This document shows positions 45,925-53,418 of a stretch of 64,000 nucleotides of DNA, in pieces (within the stretch, counting starts at the first letter, position 1; each line of letters opens with the position of its first letter). This stretch comes from Clostridia bacterium. GTDB taxonomy: Bacteria > Bacillota > Clostridia > Oscillospirales > CAG-272. Under the pieces are notes generated by a model that did no database searches, was not told the DNA's origin, and was given only the letters and a program-made list of their open reading frames with translations. The stretch is taken from positions 26,752 through 90,751 of the forward strand of contig JAGAEA010000032.1 in assembly GCA_017613355.1 (NCBI GenBank), written 5' to 3'. A program made the position numbers and the translations under genes.

Positions 45925-46329
45925 TCACTTCCAATAGACCTGGGACATCCCACGGGAGGTTGCCGTGACCGTGATCGGGAAAACAAAGTCCCCGAACCCG
46001 AGGAACGAGGTTCGGCAGGTCACCGTGCAGACAATGGGTTCTCCCAATTGCACATGACCCTGCGCGTCCAGCGTCTGGCTTTCCGAGAAATCACAGGAGA
46101 AATCGACGCCGGTCTGTTCATGGAGTTCGGCGGCATAGTCGCCGATATCGGTCGTGCCGTGCAGACAGGCGTAGTCGGTCAGGTGATCCGCGATCGTTTT
46201 GAGATTCTGGTTCAGGGCGATCAGGGACGCCGCGTTGATGAAGAACACCAACAGAAAAACGACCACGAGGATCGTGACCGCAATGTCGATGTATCCTTCG
46301 CCGCGCCGATTGTTGATTCTTTGTTTCAT
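45925..46329 (-). CDS. TadE-like / pseudopilin-like protein
   Basis: The ATG at 46329 overlaps the tadC stop as ATGA. The N-terminus is MKQRINNRRGEGYIDIAVTILVVVFLLVF. Confidence 0.55.
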   Translation of the reverse strand: MKQRINNRRGEGYIDIAVTILVVVFLLVFFINAASLIALNQNLKTIADHLTDYACLHGTTDIGDYAAELHEQTGVDFSCDFSESQTLDAQGHVQLGEPIVCTVTCRTSFLGFGDFVFPITVTATSRGMSQVYWK

Positions 46330-47198
46330 CCGAAGATCCCTCCCAGTGACGAGAGTAACACCTGCCCGATGACCACCACGTAGATGGAAGCAAAGCAAAT
46401 GAGCAGGATCATGGAGAGGCGGCGAACTTTCTTCGGGGCTTTGTTCGCTTCGTCCCGCAAGGACTGCCGTTGGTATTCCCCGAATTTGCGGGAAAGATCT
46501 TCCCAGCGCGTCGGGGTGCTGTTGCCGTTGATGACACTTTGCAGTTCGCGGATGACTTCGTCCACTTTCGGCGAACCGATGCGGTTGCCCATCCTTCGCA
46601 GGGCTTCCAGATCATGACCCGAACGCATATCCGCGACCGTGATATCGAGTTCGTGCTTGAACTCGGTTCCGGCTTTCTCGCGGTAGCCGTCCAGGATCGA
46701 GAGGACGTCCCGGCTGTGGGAAAGGGTGTTCGCCACAACCGATACGAAACGCGGCAGTTCTTCCTCAATGCGCGTTCTGCGTTCCTTGATGGCACGGCTG
46801 ACCTTACCGGCCAGCCGTCGATACAGAATGACGGCAACGATGAGAATCAGGACCGCCAGGATCCGGGAGAAAAAGAGCGCGGGGAGAGCAAGAAAGCCGA
46901 CCAGCGCGCTTTTGACAATACAGTCCGCGACGTATCCTTCCGGAGAGATATCCAGATCTGCCGTCCGGAGATCTGCCTCGAGCATCAGGCGGCGGTATTC
47001 GTTGAGCCTCAGTTTGCCCACGAGCCAACCGGACACTTCCCGCAGGAACAGTTCCACGGGATTCGTTTTCTTTTTCCGTTTGCCGAGACCGTTCGCCGCC
47101 TTCGACGCCGCATAGTGCGGAACACGGAAAATATCCGAAAGAAGGAACGCAAGACCGAGGGCAAACAGAACTGAACCGAATATTATGATCCACATCAT
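46326..47198 (-). CDS. tadC: TadC-like type II secretion system F-family membrane protein
   Basis: 290 aa with N- and C-terminal transmembrane segments and a central cytoplasmic domain. It follows the tadB-like gene with an overlap. Confidence 0.65.
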   Translation of the reverse strand: MMWIIIFGSVLFALGLAFLLSDIFRVPHYAASKAANGLGKRKKKTNPVELFLREVSGWLVGKLRLNEYRRLMLEADLRTADLDISPEGYVADCIVKSALVGFLALPALFFSRILAVLILIVAVILYRRLAGKVSRAIKERRTRIEEELPRFVSVVANTLSHSRDVLSILDGYREKAGTEFKHELDITVADMRSGHDLEALRRMGNRIGSPKVDEVIRELQSVINGNSTPTRWEDLSRKFGEYQRQSLRDEANKAPKKVRRLSMILLICFASIYVVVIGQVLLSSLGGIFG

Positions 47199-48133
47199 CT
47201 GCCACCCCCTTTTCGGTATTCCACGGGTTTCGTGAACTTGAACGCGAAGATACCGGTGACGAGGATCGCCGCGCCGCAGATTGCCAGCACGATTTTACCC
47301 GGGACCGTATCCATGAGCGCCGCGTACCAGTCCTTGTTCAGCAAATACAGAAGCGGGATGTTGGCAAGAACCATGCCCGCCATCACGAAGTATTCGGTTC
47401 TGGCTGCCGTCATCATTGCCTTGATGTCCCGGTTGACGATGGCAATATCGGTCAGTTTGGTCACGATGGGCATGAGCGTATGCTTCAGGCTCCTGTCATC
47501 TTCACAGGCGATGAGCGTATCACACCAGTCGGCGAACACCGTGTTGTCGATCTTTTCCTGCAGAGATCGGATGCATTCCTTTCGGTTGGCACGGATCATC
47601 GTGCAGTCGGCAAGGAATCCCGCGAAGATGTCCCGCAGGGGCGGGCGCAGGTAGCCGATGTTTTCCTCAACCGCCGTCACGATGTCATCCGTGCGGATGT
47701 AGGACGCGGTGATGCTCGACAGGGCGGTTTCGAGGGATTCGGTGATGTGGTTCCGGTAATAGGTGATGGTTCGGCGCAAAAAGGCAAACGGGATCAGCGC
47801 CATGGCGAGTGCCAGCACGGGAATCAGAAACAGATTATCGATAGCAATTGCCAAAACCGTCCCGACCAGCATGAACAGCAGCGACAGCGCGCAGGCGAGG
47901 GCAAACCGCCCGCCTTTTCCGGTGGTTTCGAGCGCGTCCCTGACGCGGCGGAGTCCGACTGTCAGGCGGTGCGAGGTCTGTTTGCCTTTGGCACGGAGCG
48001 TCCGGCTCCGAAGAGTCGGCCCTTTGTTTTCTCCCCGCGAAAGGTCTTTCATGACGCGATCCGGGGTCAGTCCCAGAAGCAGAATGATTCCTACCGAGAG
48101 GAGTAAAAAACAAATCAGATAGAGAAATGTCAT
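47195..48133 (-). CDS. tadB: TadB-like type II secretion system F-family membrane protein
   Basis: 312 aa with the same architecture, directly downstream of the CpaF/TadA ATPase gene. Confidence 0.65.
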   Translation of the reverse strand: MTFLYLICFLLLSVGIILLLGLTPDRVMKDLSRGENKGPTLRSRTLRAKGKQTSHRLTVGLRRVRDALETTGKGGRFALACALSLLFMLVGTVLAIAIDNLFLIPVLALAMALIPFAFLRRTITYYRNHITESLETALSSITASYIRTDDIVTAVEENIGYLRPPLRDIFAGFLADCTMIRANRKECIRSLQEKIDNTVFADWCDTLIACEDDRSLKHTLMPIVTKLTDIAIVNRDIKAMMTAARTEYFVMAGMVLANIPLLYLLNKDWYAALMDTVPGKIVLAICGAAILVTGIFAFKFTKPVEYRKGGGR

Positions 48134-48148
48134 GGTTCACCTCTTTCT

Positions 48149-49444
48149 TCAGTTCAGGAACCGTTCCAGCGTCTGGTACGGCACGCCGTTACGGATCAGG
48201 AGGGTTTGCAGATCTGCGGACGGCACGCCCATCTTCCGGAACTGCCCGGTGATCTTGTATTGCCCGTTTTCACAGGTGTTCCCGGTGATGTGATATCGGT
48301 ACAGGCACCGATACCTTGCAACCCCGTCCGGCGTGACCGAACATTCCGAAATGTCCATGACACGGCGGTTGTTGTCTTCGCACTTGTGGCAGAAGGCAAC
48401 GATCGGGAACGCCTGACGCGCCTGGGCGAGTGAGACTTCCATGCCGAGTTGGAAACGCCGTTGGCATAGCAGAGAGATGCGCCCGTGCGCCGCTTCCGCA
48501 GGACCCGAATGGACGGTCGTCACCACGGTGTGGCCGGTAAGCGACGCTTCCACAGTTGCGTTGGCTTCCGCGTCCCGGATCTCCCCAACGACGATCAGGT
48601 CGGGATCGAACCGCAGGGCGGCGACCACCAGATCTTCCTGGGAGATGTTGTAGGCCGCGTTTTCGTTCGGCCGGGAGAGCGTATGGACGACGTTGTTCAG
48701 GATCTCACCGTTCGGTTTCTTCTTCACGAGAAACAACTCCCGCGCGCCGGACTCAATCGAATAGATGCGCTTGTCATCCGGAATGGAAGCGAGAAGCGCG
48801 CCGACCAGCGTGGTTTTGCCACTGTTGGTTCTGCCCGCCACCAGAGAGGAAACCCCGTAGCGGATGCACATTTCGAGGAACTCCATCATTTCCTCGGTCG
48901 CCATGCCGCTCTCGATGATGCACTTCCGGTCCACCCGTTGGGGATGCAGAAGCCGGATGGAGACCGATACCCCGCAACATTCGTCCACGACAGGTGTTTT
49001 GATCGCAGTGATACGGGTATTGTTCGGCAGGTGTCCCTGTGCCATCGGTGTCGCGTTGTCGATGATCATGCCGCTATGGTGCAGCAGACGTTTGACGATG
49101 TCCACAGCGTGACTCGGGCTGTGGAAATGCTCTTTCAGCTTTTCCATTCTGCCGTCCGACCAGGTCAGGGTTACGTCGTCCCAGCTGTTGATGTTGATTT
49201 CTTCGAGGTCGGGGTTCCCGAGGTAGGGTGTCAGGACCGAGTATTCCACCATTTCGCTGAACAGGCGGCCAACCAACTGTTCGTCGGTAAAGCCGTCCAC
49301 GATATAGCCGTGATCCATCACGAACTTCTCGATGTAATACCGCAGATCCTCGCGTTTGTTCTCGTCGGTCAGGGCAGAAGCATAGGTTTTGGAGATATAC
49401 CGCTGGGTTTCATTCAGAACGTCCCACAAATTACTCTTGACCAT
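48149..49444 (-). CDS. tadA: CpaF/TadA family pilus assembly ATPase (T2SSE superfamily)
   Basis: 431 aa with the Walker A motif GRTNSGKTTL, the VVGEIRD Asp box/Walker B and TGHTVVTTVHS His box. Confidence 0.85.
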   Translation of the reverse strand: MVKSNLWDVLNETQRYISKTYASALTDENKREDLRYYIEKFVMDHGYIVDGFTDEQLVGRLFSEMVEYSVLTPYLGNPDLEEININSWDDVTLTWSDGRMEKLKEHFHSPSHAVDIVKRLLHHSGMIIDNATPMAQGHLPNNTRITAIKTPVVDECCGVSVSIRLLHPQRVDRKCIIESGMATEEMMEFLEMCIRYGVSSLVAGRTNSGKTTLVGALLASIPDDKRIYSIESGARELFLVKKKPNGEILNNVVHTLSRPNENAAYNISQEDLVVAALRFDPDLIVVGEIRDAEANATVEASLTGHTVVTTVHSGPAEAAHGRISLLCQRRFQLGMEVSLAQARQAFPIVAFCHKCEDNNRRVMDISECSVTPDGVARYRCLYRYHITGNTCENGQYKITGQFRKMGVPSADLQTLLIRNGVPYQTLERFLN

Positions 49445-50178
49445 CGTTCACAACCCTTTCCGCGATTTCACGCATTCTTTTGTTGAATCGCTTATCGGAC
49501 ACCGATTCCCAGAGCTTTCCGGACAGGGACTGTTCCTTGACTTCGCGGCAAAACGGGACGGTAAAGCACAGGTCCTTCAGATGGGCTTTCGCTTCCTCGA
49601 TGGGAAGAAACACATCCTCGGTGACCGTGTTCAGACCCTGAATGAATTTTGCGGTATCCGAAAAAAGAGGGAGCTGCGAGAGGAAGAAACTCATACTCGA
49701 CAGATCCGGCGTGGCAAGCGAGAGAACCTGCTGAGCACGTTCCATCGCAACCACGGCCAGAAGATTGCCGTCCGGCACGGGAGGACAGTCCACGATGACG
49801 TAATCCGCAAGTTCGCAGAGCTTGTCCAGCAGGTCTTCCGCTTTCGCTTTGCTGTAACGCGGATAAGTGAATCGGTTTTCTCCCGCGCGGTATCCGATGT
49901 AGCAGAGATTCTCCCGTTTCTTGACCGACACCAACTGGGTCAGGATGCTCTCCATTTCCAGATCTATGGCGGATAGCGGAACACCGACCGATCCGAGTTC
50001 TTCGGAAGGGGTGTTCGGAAACAGGACCGGCATGGTCGGGGTGTCGAGGTCGGGATACAGGACGATGACCGTGGTCTTGTAGGAATCATAGATCGCAGAG
50101 GCGAGTTTCGTGGCGAAGGTGGTCTTGCCCGCATGAGGAGAACCCCACACGGCAAGGATTTTGGCTTGTTCTTTCAAA
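49431..50178 (-). CDS. TadZ/CpaE-like ParA/MinD-superfamily ATPase
   Basis: It has the deviant P-loop AVWGSPHAGKTT. The likely start is the TTG at 50178, with AGAGGG 6 nt upstream right after the cpaB stop. The track ORF extends to 50288. Confidence 0.55.
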
Positions 50179-50181
50179 CCG

Positions 50182-50913
50182 TCACCCTCTTTCCGCGAAG
50201 TACGCCTCTTGTGCGTCGAGATACCGCTGTGCCGTTGCCGCATCCCCACGGTATTCGAGCGTGAAGTGCATGGACGCCGTCTTTTCATACTGTGCCAGCA
50301 GTTCTGCCTGCTCTTGATTGACGAGCAGTGTCACGGTTACCGGTTGGGCATGATCTTTGACGTCGGCTTTGTCGATGCCGGACGAGGTCGTGCTGGTGAT
50401 GACCTTGACGTAGGACAGTTCGGGCGGCGTAAAAGCAAAGCCGTCTTTTGCGGAATACACGATGACCGAAATGATGTCCCCGGTTTCGAGTTTGCCGGAG
50501 ACGCCCGCCGCGAAGGTCCCGATGCTGACCGAGATCGCCTTATGGTTCTCATCCAGCACATCCAGAATGTCCATCGCGGTATCCACGTCGGACGTCAGTT
50601 TCATGGGAAAGAGATAATCCCCCGCGTAAAGGTCACAGGTCGCGTACTTTCCGACAACGTCCGAGGGCTTCGTCAGGACACCCTGCGGAATATGATAACT
50701 GCCCACGCTGACGGTTTCGATATCGTTTTCGGTCACGAGACTGCCGCGCGTCACGGTTTTCGATATGCGGACGATACTGGTTCTGCCGTCCTTTGCCCGG
50801 TTGACCAGCGGGGCAACACCGAAGCAGATGGCAAGGGCGGCGATCACACAGAGGATGCCGATGATCGTGCGGTTGCCCATTTTACGGGAACCGATGGATT
50901 TTGTCTTCTTCAT
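50182..50913 (-). CDS. cpaB: CpaB/RcpC-like Flp pilus assembly protein (SAF domain)
   Basis: It has an N-terminal transmembrane segment followed by a SAF-like segment (VRISKTVTRGSLVTENDIETVSV). Confidence 0.65.
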   Translation of the reverse strand: MKKTKSIGSRKMGNRTIIGILCVIAALAICFGVAPLVNRAKDGRTSIVRISKTVTRGSLVTENDIETVSVGSYHIPQGVLTKPSDVVGKYATCDLYAGDYLFPMKLTSDVDTAMDILDVLDENHKAISVSIGTFAAGVSGKLETGDIISVIVYSAKDGFAFTPPELSYVKVITSTTSSGIDKADVKDHAQPVTVTLLVNQEQAELLAQYEKTASMHFTLEYRGDAATAQRYLDAQEAYFAERG

Positions 50914-50928
50914 GGATTCCTTCCTTTC

Positions 50929-51585
50929 TTACACGAAGAACAAAATCATTGCCGCGACCGAAAGGAACGGAACGAGGGCAAAGGGCTGTTTCTTCGGAAT
51001 GCGCCGGATTCTGCCGTAAATGCTTACGAACAGGACGGCGATGATGAGTCCCGCAAGGTAGGCGACGATCCCGCGCCAGCCGCCGAGCAGGAACGCCAAT
51101 GCGGTAGAGATCTTGATATCGGCACCGCCGAGCGTCCTGTGGGGCGGAAGCCATGCCGGGATCATCTGGGGCAGGAAGACGAAGAGCGCGGCAAGGACCA
51201 TGGAGAGGATGCTTTGTGTTGCCAGAGACGGAATCGCCAGCGCGAGGATCAGCACCCAAGCATAGTCCCCGACCTCATGGGTAGCAATGTCCGAGCAGGA
51301 AGCGTAGAGAAGCACAAAGGCAAGGAACAGTCCCTGAATTGCCGTGACCGACAGCCCGAACCGTGCAAACAGGGCAAGGGACAAAAGCCCGAATAATGGC
51401 AGAACAACCGCCGTTTTTGCTTTGAAGTTCTGCCGTTGCAGGACGCGGCAGAGCGCCCATGCAATAAGTAAAGAAATCCCGACGAAGAGAATGGCGGACA
51501 AAATCAGGGAAAGAACCTCACGGGGAATGTTCTCTCCCTGCAGCCGCCAGATACCGACAGTCGGGATCATAGGATGGATCATCAT
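50929..51585 (-). CDS. tadV: A24-family prepilin peptidase (TadV/CpaA-like)
   Basis: It is polytopic with two catalytic Asp motifs (SCSDIATHEV and GGADIK). A GGAGAAACA RBS precedes the ATG at 51585. Confidence 0.75.
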   Translation of the reverse strand: MMIHPMIPTVGIWRLQGENIPREVLSLILSAILFVGISLLIAWALCRVLQRQNFKAKTAVVLPLFGLLSLALFARFGLSVTAIQGLFLAFVLLYASCSDIATHEVGDYAWVLILALAIPSLATQSILSMVLAALFVFLPQMIPAWLPPHRTLGGADIKISTALAFLLGGWRGIVAYLAGLIIAVLFVSIYGRIRRIPKKQPFALVPFLSVAAMILFFV

Positions 51586-51672
51586 TGTTTCTCCTTTCAG
51601 GTTGCTGCGGGGCATAAAAGCCCCGCAGCCGGTTTGTTGGATCACTCGTACTTGGTCAAGACCGCCGTCCGA

Positions 51673-51906
51673 TCAAGTGCCGGAATAATTGAACATATTG
51701 GTGATTTTGGTGGTCATGTTCGGGATGACGACCGTGTTGAAGAGCGCGTAGAGGCCGGCAAGGATCAGACCGCCGATGACGACGCCGATGATGATTTTGA
51801 CACCAGTATCGATGTAGCCTTCGGCTTTGCGGTTCTCGATAGCGAGTTTGGTAGCAACAGCGGTGCGGTTGAGTTTGTTCTTGATGGAGTTGAAGAGTTT
51901 TTTCAT
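51673..51906 (-). CDS. flp: Flp-like pilin, copy 1
   Basis: 77 aa with a basic leader, AEGYID, then the hydrophobic helix VKIIIGVVIGGLILAGLYALF. The RBS is GAAAGGAAA. Confidence 0.7.
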   Translation of the reverse strand: MKKLFNSIKNKLNRTAVATKLAIENRKAEGYIDTGVKIIIGVVIGGLILAGLYALFNTVVIPNMTTKITNMFNYSGT

Positions 51907-51937
51907 GTATTTTGTTTCCTTTCTGTGTTTGAATTGG

Positions 51938-52546
51938 TTAAATCAGGATCATGTCCGACCAACCGGCTTTCCATTCCAGGCCGGTGGGAGTGGTCATGGT
52001 GTAGTAGGTCTGCCCACCCGCCCAGTAGCGGATGACAAATCGTTCCCCGGAGAAAGATCCGGCAGTGTTGGGCAACTGTGCTGAAGTACCGTAATAGCAA
52101 TGCGTGATGCTTTGGGCGTTGAAGTTGTACTTCTGCGTCCAACTGATACCGCCATCTTCGGAGGAGAGGATGTAGTAGGTGCTTCCATCCTTCAGAAGCG
52201 CCACCGAAACCGGATTTTCCTCCGCGTTGTCGGTCATGGTGCCGTACACGGTCGTGGTTTCGGAATAGGACGGCATTTGACAGTCAAACCAGTGGGTTCC
52301 GTCATAGGAATAACGGAGTACCGTTCTGTTCCCATCCTGCACGCTTACATAACGGAGAGAAGCGTTCTCGCCGTAATCCATCAGCGCGTTGACCTCGGTG
52401 CTGGCTTTGGTCAAAACGCCGTTATCGCCTCCGAACAGCATGTATGCTCCCGCGATGAGAAGTCCACCCAACACAACGGCGATGATAATGATCACCGCCG
52501 TCTTGATGTGTCCCTCTCCGCGTTTATTAAAGAAGATCTTGTTCAT
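51938..52546 (-). CDS. Pilin-like protein with a ~150-aa C-terminal globular domain
   Basis: The N-terminus is MNKIFFNKRGEGHIKTAVIIIIAVVLGGLLIAGAYMLF. It is followed by a Ser/Thr/Tyr/Trp-rich beta-type domain. Confidence 0.6.
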   Translation of the reverse strand: MNKIFFNKRGEGHIKTAVIIIIAVVLGGLLIAGAYMLFGGDNGVLTKASTEVNALMDYGENASLRYVSVQDGNRTVLRYSYDGTHWFDCQMPSYSETTTVYGTMTDNAEENPVSVALLKDGSTYYILSSEDGGISWTQKYNFNAQSITHCYYGTSAQLPNTAGSFSGERFVIRYWAGGQTYYTMTTPTGLEWKAGWSDMILI

Positions 52547-52560
52547 GCGCTCACCTCATA

Positions 52561-52794
52561 TCAGGTGCCGGAATAATCGAAAAATCCGGTGACCTTGGTG
52601 GTCATGTTGGGGATGACGACCGTGTTGAAGAGCGCGTAGAGACCGGCGAGGATGAGACCACCGATGACGACGCCGATGATGATCTTGACGCCGGTGTCGA
52701 TGTATCCCTCGGCGCGGCGATTTTCGATGGCGAGTTTGGTAGCGACAGCGGTGCGGTTGAGTTTGTTCTTGATGAAGTTGAAGAGTTTTTTCAT
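52561..52794 (-). CDS. flp: Flp-like pilin, copy 2
   Basis: 77 aa, differing from copy 1 at 6 residues. The 157-aa track ORF to 53034 is an unsupported extension running across a hairpin. Confidence 0.7.
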   Translation of the reverse strand: MKKLFNFIKNKLNRTAVATKLAIENRRAEGYIDTGVKIIIGVVIGGLILAGLYALFNTVVIPNMTTKVTGFFDYSGT

Positions 52795-52855
52795 GGGTTG
52801 TTGTTCCTTTCTGAAATAAAATTGTTTTGGAAGTTTTTTGAACAGTTGGGGGTGT

Positions 52856-52898
52856 GGGGGAAGGAGAACTTTTTTCCCAAAAAAGTTCTCCTTCCCCC
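52856..52898. repeat. Perfect 20-bp-arm inverted repeat with a 3-nt loop
   Basis: GGGGGAAGGAGAACTTTTTT ccc AAAAAAGTTCTCCTTCCCCC, located between the SpoVG-like gene and flp copy 2. No U-tract follows it on either strand. Confidence 0.9.
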
Positions 52899-52909
52899 GC
52901 GGTCTTGCC

Positions 52910-53329
52910 TTACATTTTCTGCACTTGTTCGGCAGGTTCGGGCTGGGGCTGGGACTGCTGTTGCTGCGTGTTGGACTGGGCGTTGACGAGGGCTTGGTCG
53001 TATGCTTCCTTGACCGCGCCGTGGAGTTGCTCACGGGCTTCTTTGGTCACGGGGAAGAAGATGTCCTCGTACTTGGTTTCGCCGTTCTGATCGGTGTAGG
53101 CACGCTGGGGCGTATTGATCCAGAAGCCCTTTTCATTCTCAAAGAGCCGGATACCGCGCACCGCGAACCCGCCGGGCAGATTGGCGTTCGCCACCGCACG
53201 CAGACTCTTGGAAGTGTCGGTAAAGATCTTGTCAATCCGGACCGTGATCCCGTCCCGGGCTTCCTGTTCCACGCGTTCGGTGTCGCTCGCCTGTTTGATG
53301 GTTGCGCCGCCTTTCTTGCTGGTTGCCAT
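52910..53329 (-). CDS. SpoVG family protein with a Gln-rich C-terminal tail
   Basis: ITVRIDKIF...LRAVANANLPGGFAVRGIRLFENEKGFWINTPQRAY...EDIFFPVTKEAREQL matches the SpoVG fold pattern. The RBS is AAAGGAGGAAAA. Confidence 0.65.
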   Translation of the reverse strand: MATSKKGGATIKQASDTERVEQEARDGITVRIDKIFTDTSKSLRAVANANLPGGFAVRGIRLFENEKGFWINTPQRAYTDQNGETKYEDIFFPVTKEAREQLHGAVKEAYDQALVNAQSNTQQQQSQPQPEPAEQVQKM

Positions 53330-53362
53330 TCGGTTTTCCTCCTTTCTTATAGATTTTTATAG

Positions 53363-53398
53363 AAAAACGCTCCCTGCATCTGCAGCTGCGGGGAGCGT
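53363..53398 (-). terminator. Intrinsic terminator after the 366-aa gene
   Basis: On the minus-strand RNA the stem is ACGCTCCC/GGGAGCGT, followed by TTTTTCT. Confidence 0.6.
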
Positions 53399-53418
53399 GA
53401 TTCTAACTATTTGGGTCA

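Larger units (their letters stand above)
51673..52794 (-). repeat. Direct duplication of the 234-nt flp gene (51673-51906 and 52561-52794) flanking the pilin-like gene
   Basis: A hand alignment gives about 28 mismatches in 234 nt, mostly at third codon positions. Confidence 0.85.

Noticed and set aside
50161-51396. 411-aa plus-strand ORF antisense to the cpaB and prepilin peptidase genes.
   Set aside because: Its Arg/Gly/Asp-rich low-complexity translation has no motifs and spans two well-supported minus-strand genes, so it is a shadow ORF. The same reasoning applies to 8335..9108, 14406..15695, 19496..20611, 31078..31917, 34382..35167, 35065..35775, 45436..46383, 46470..47174, 48485..49486, 56162..57163, 57671..58285 and 58912..59736.
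52561-53034. 157-aa extended version of flp copy 2.
   Set aside because: The extension runs through the 43-nt palindrome and into the SpoVG-like gene, and is Pro/Ser/Lys-rich. Copy 1 shows that the true product is 77 aa.
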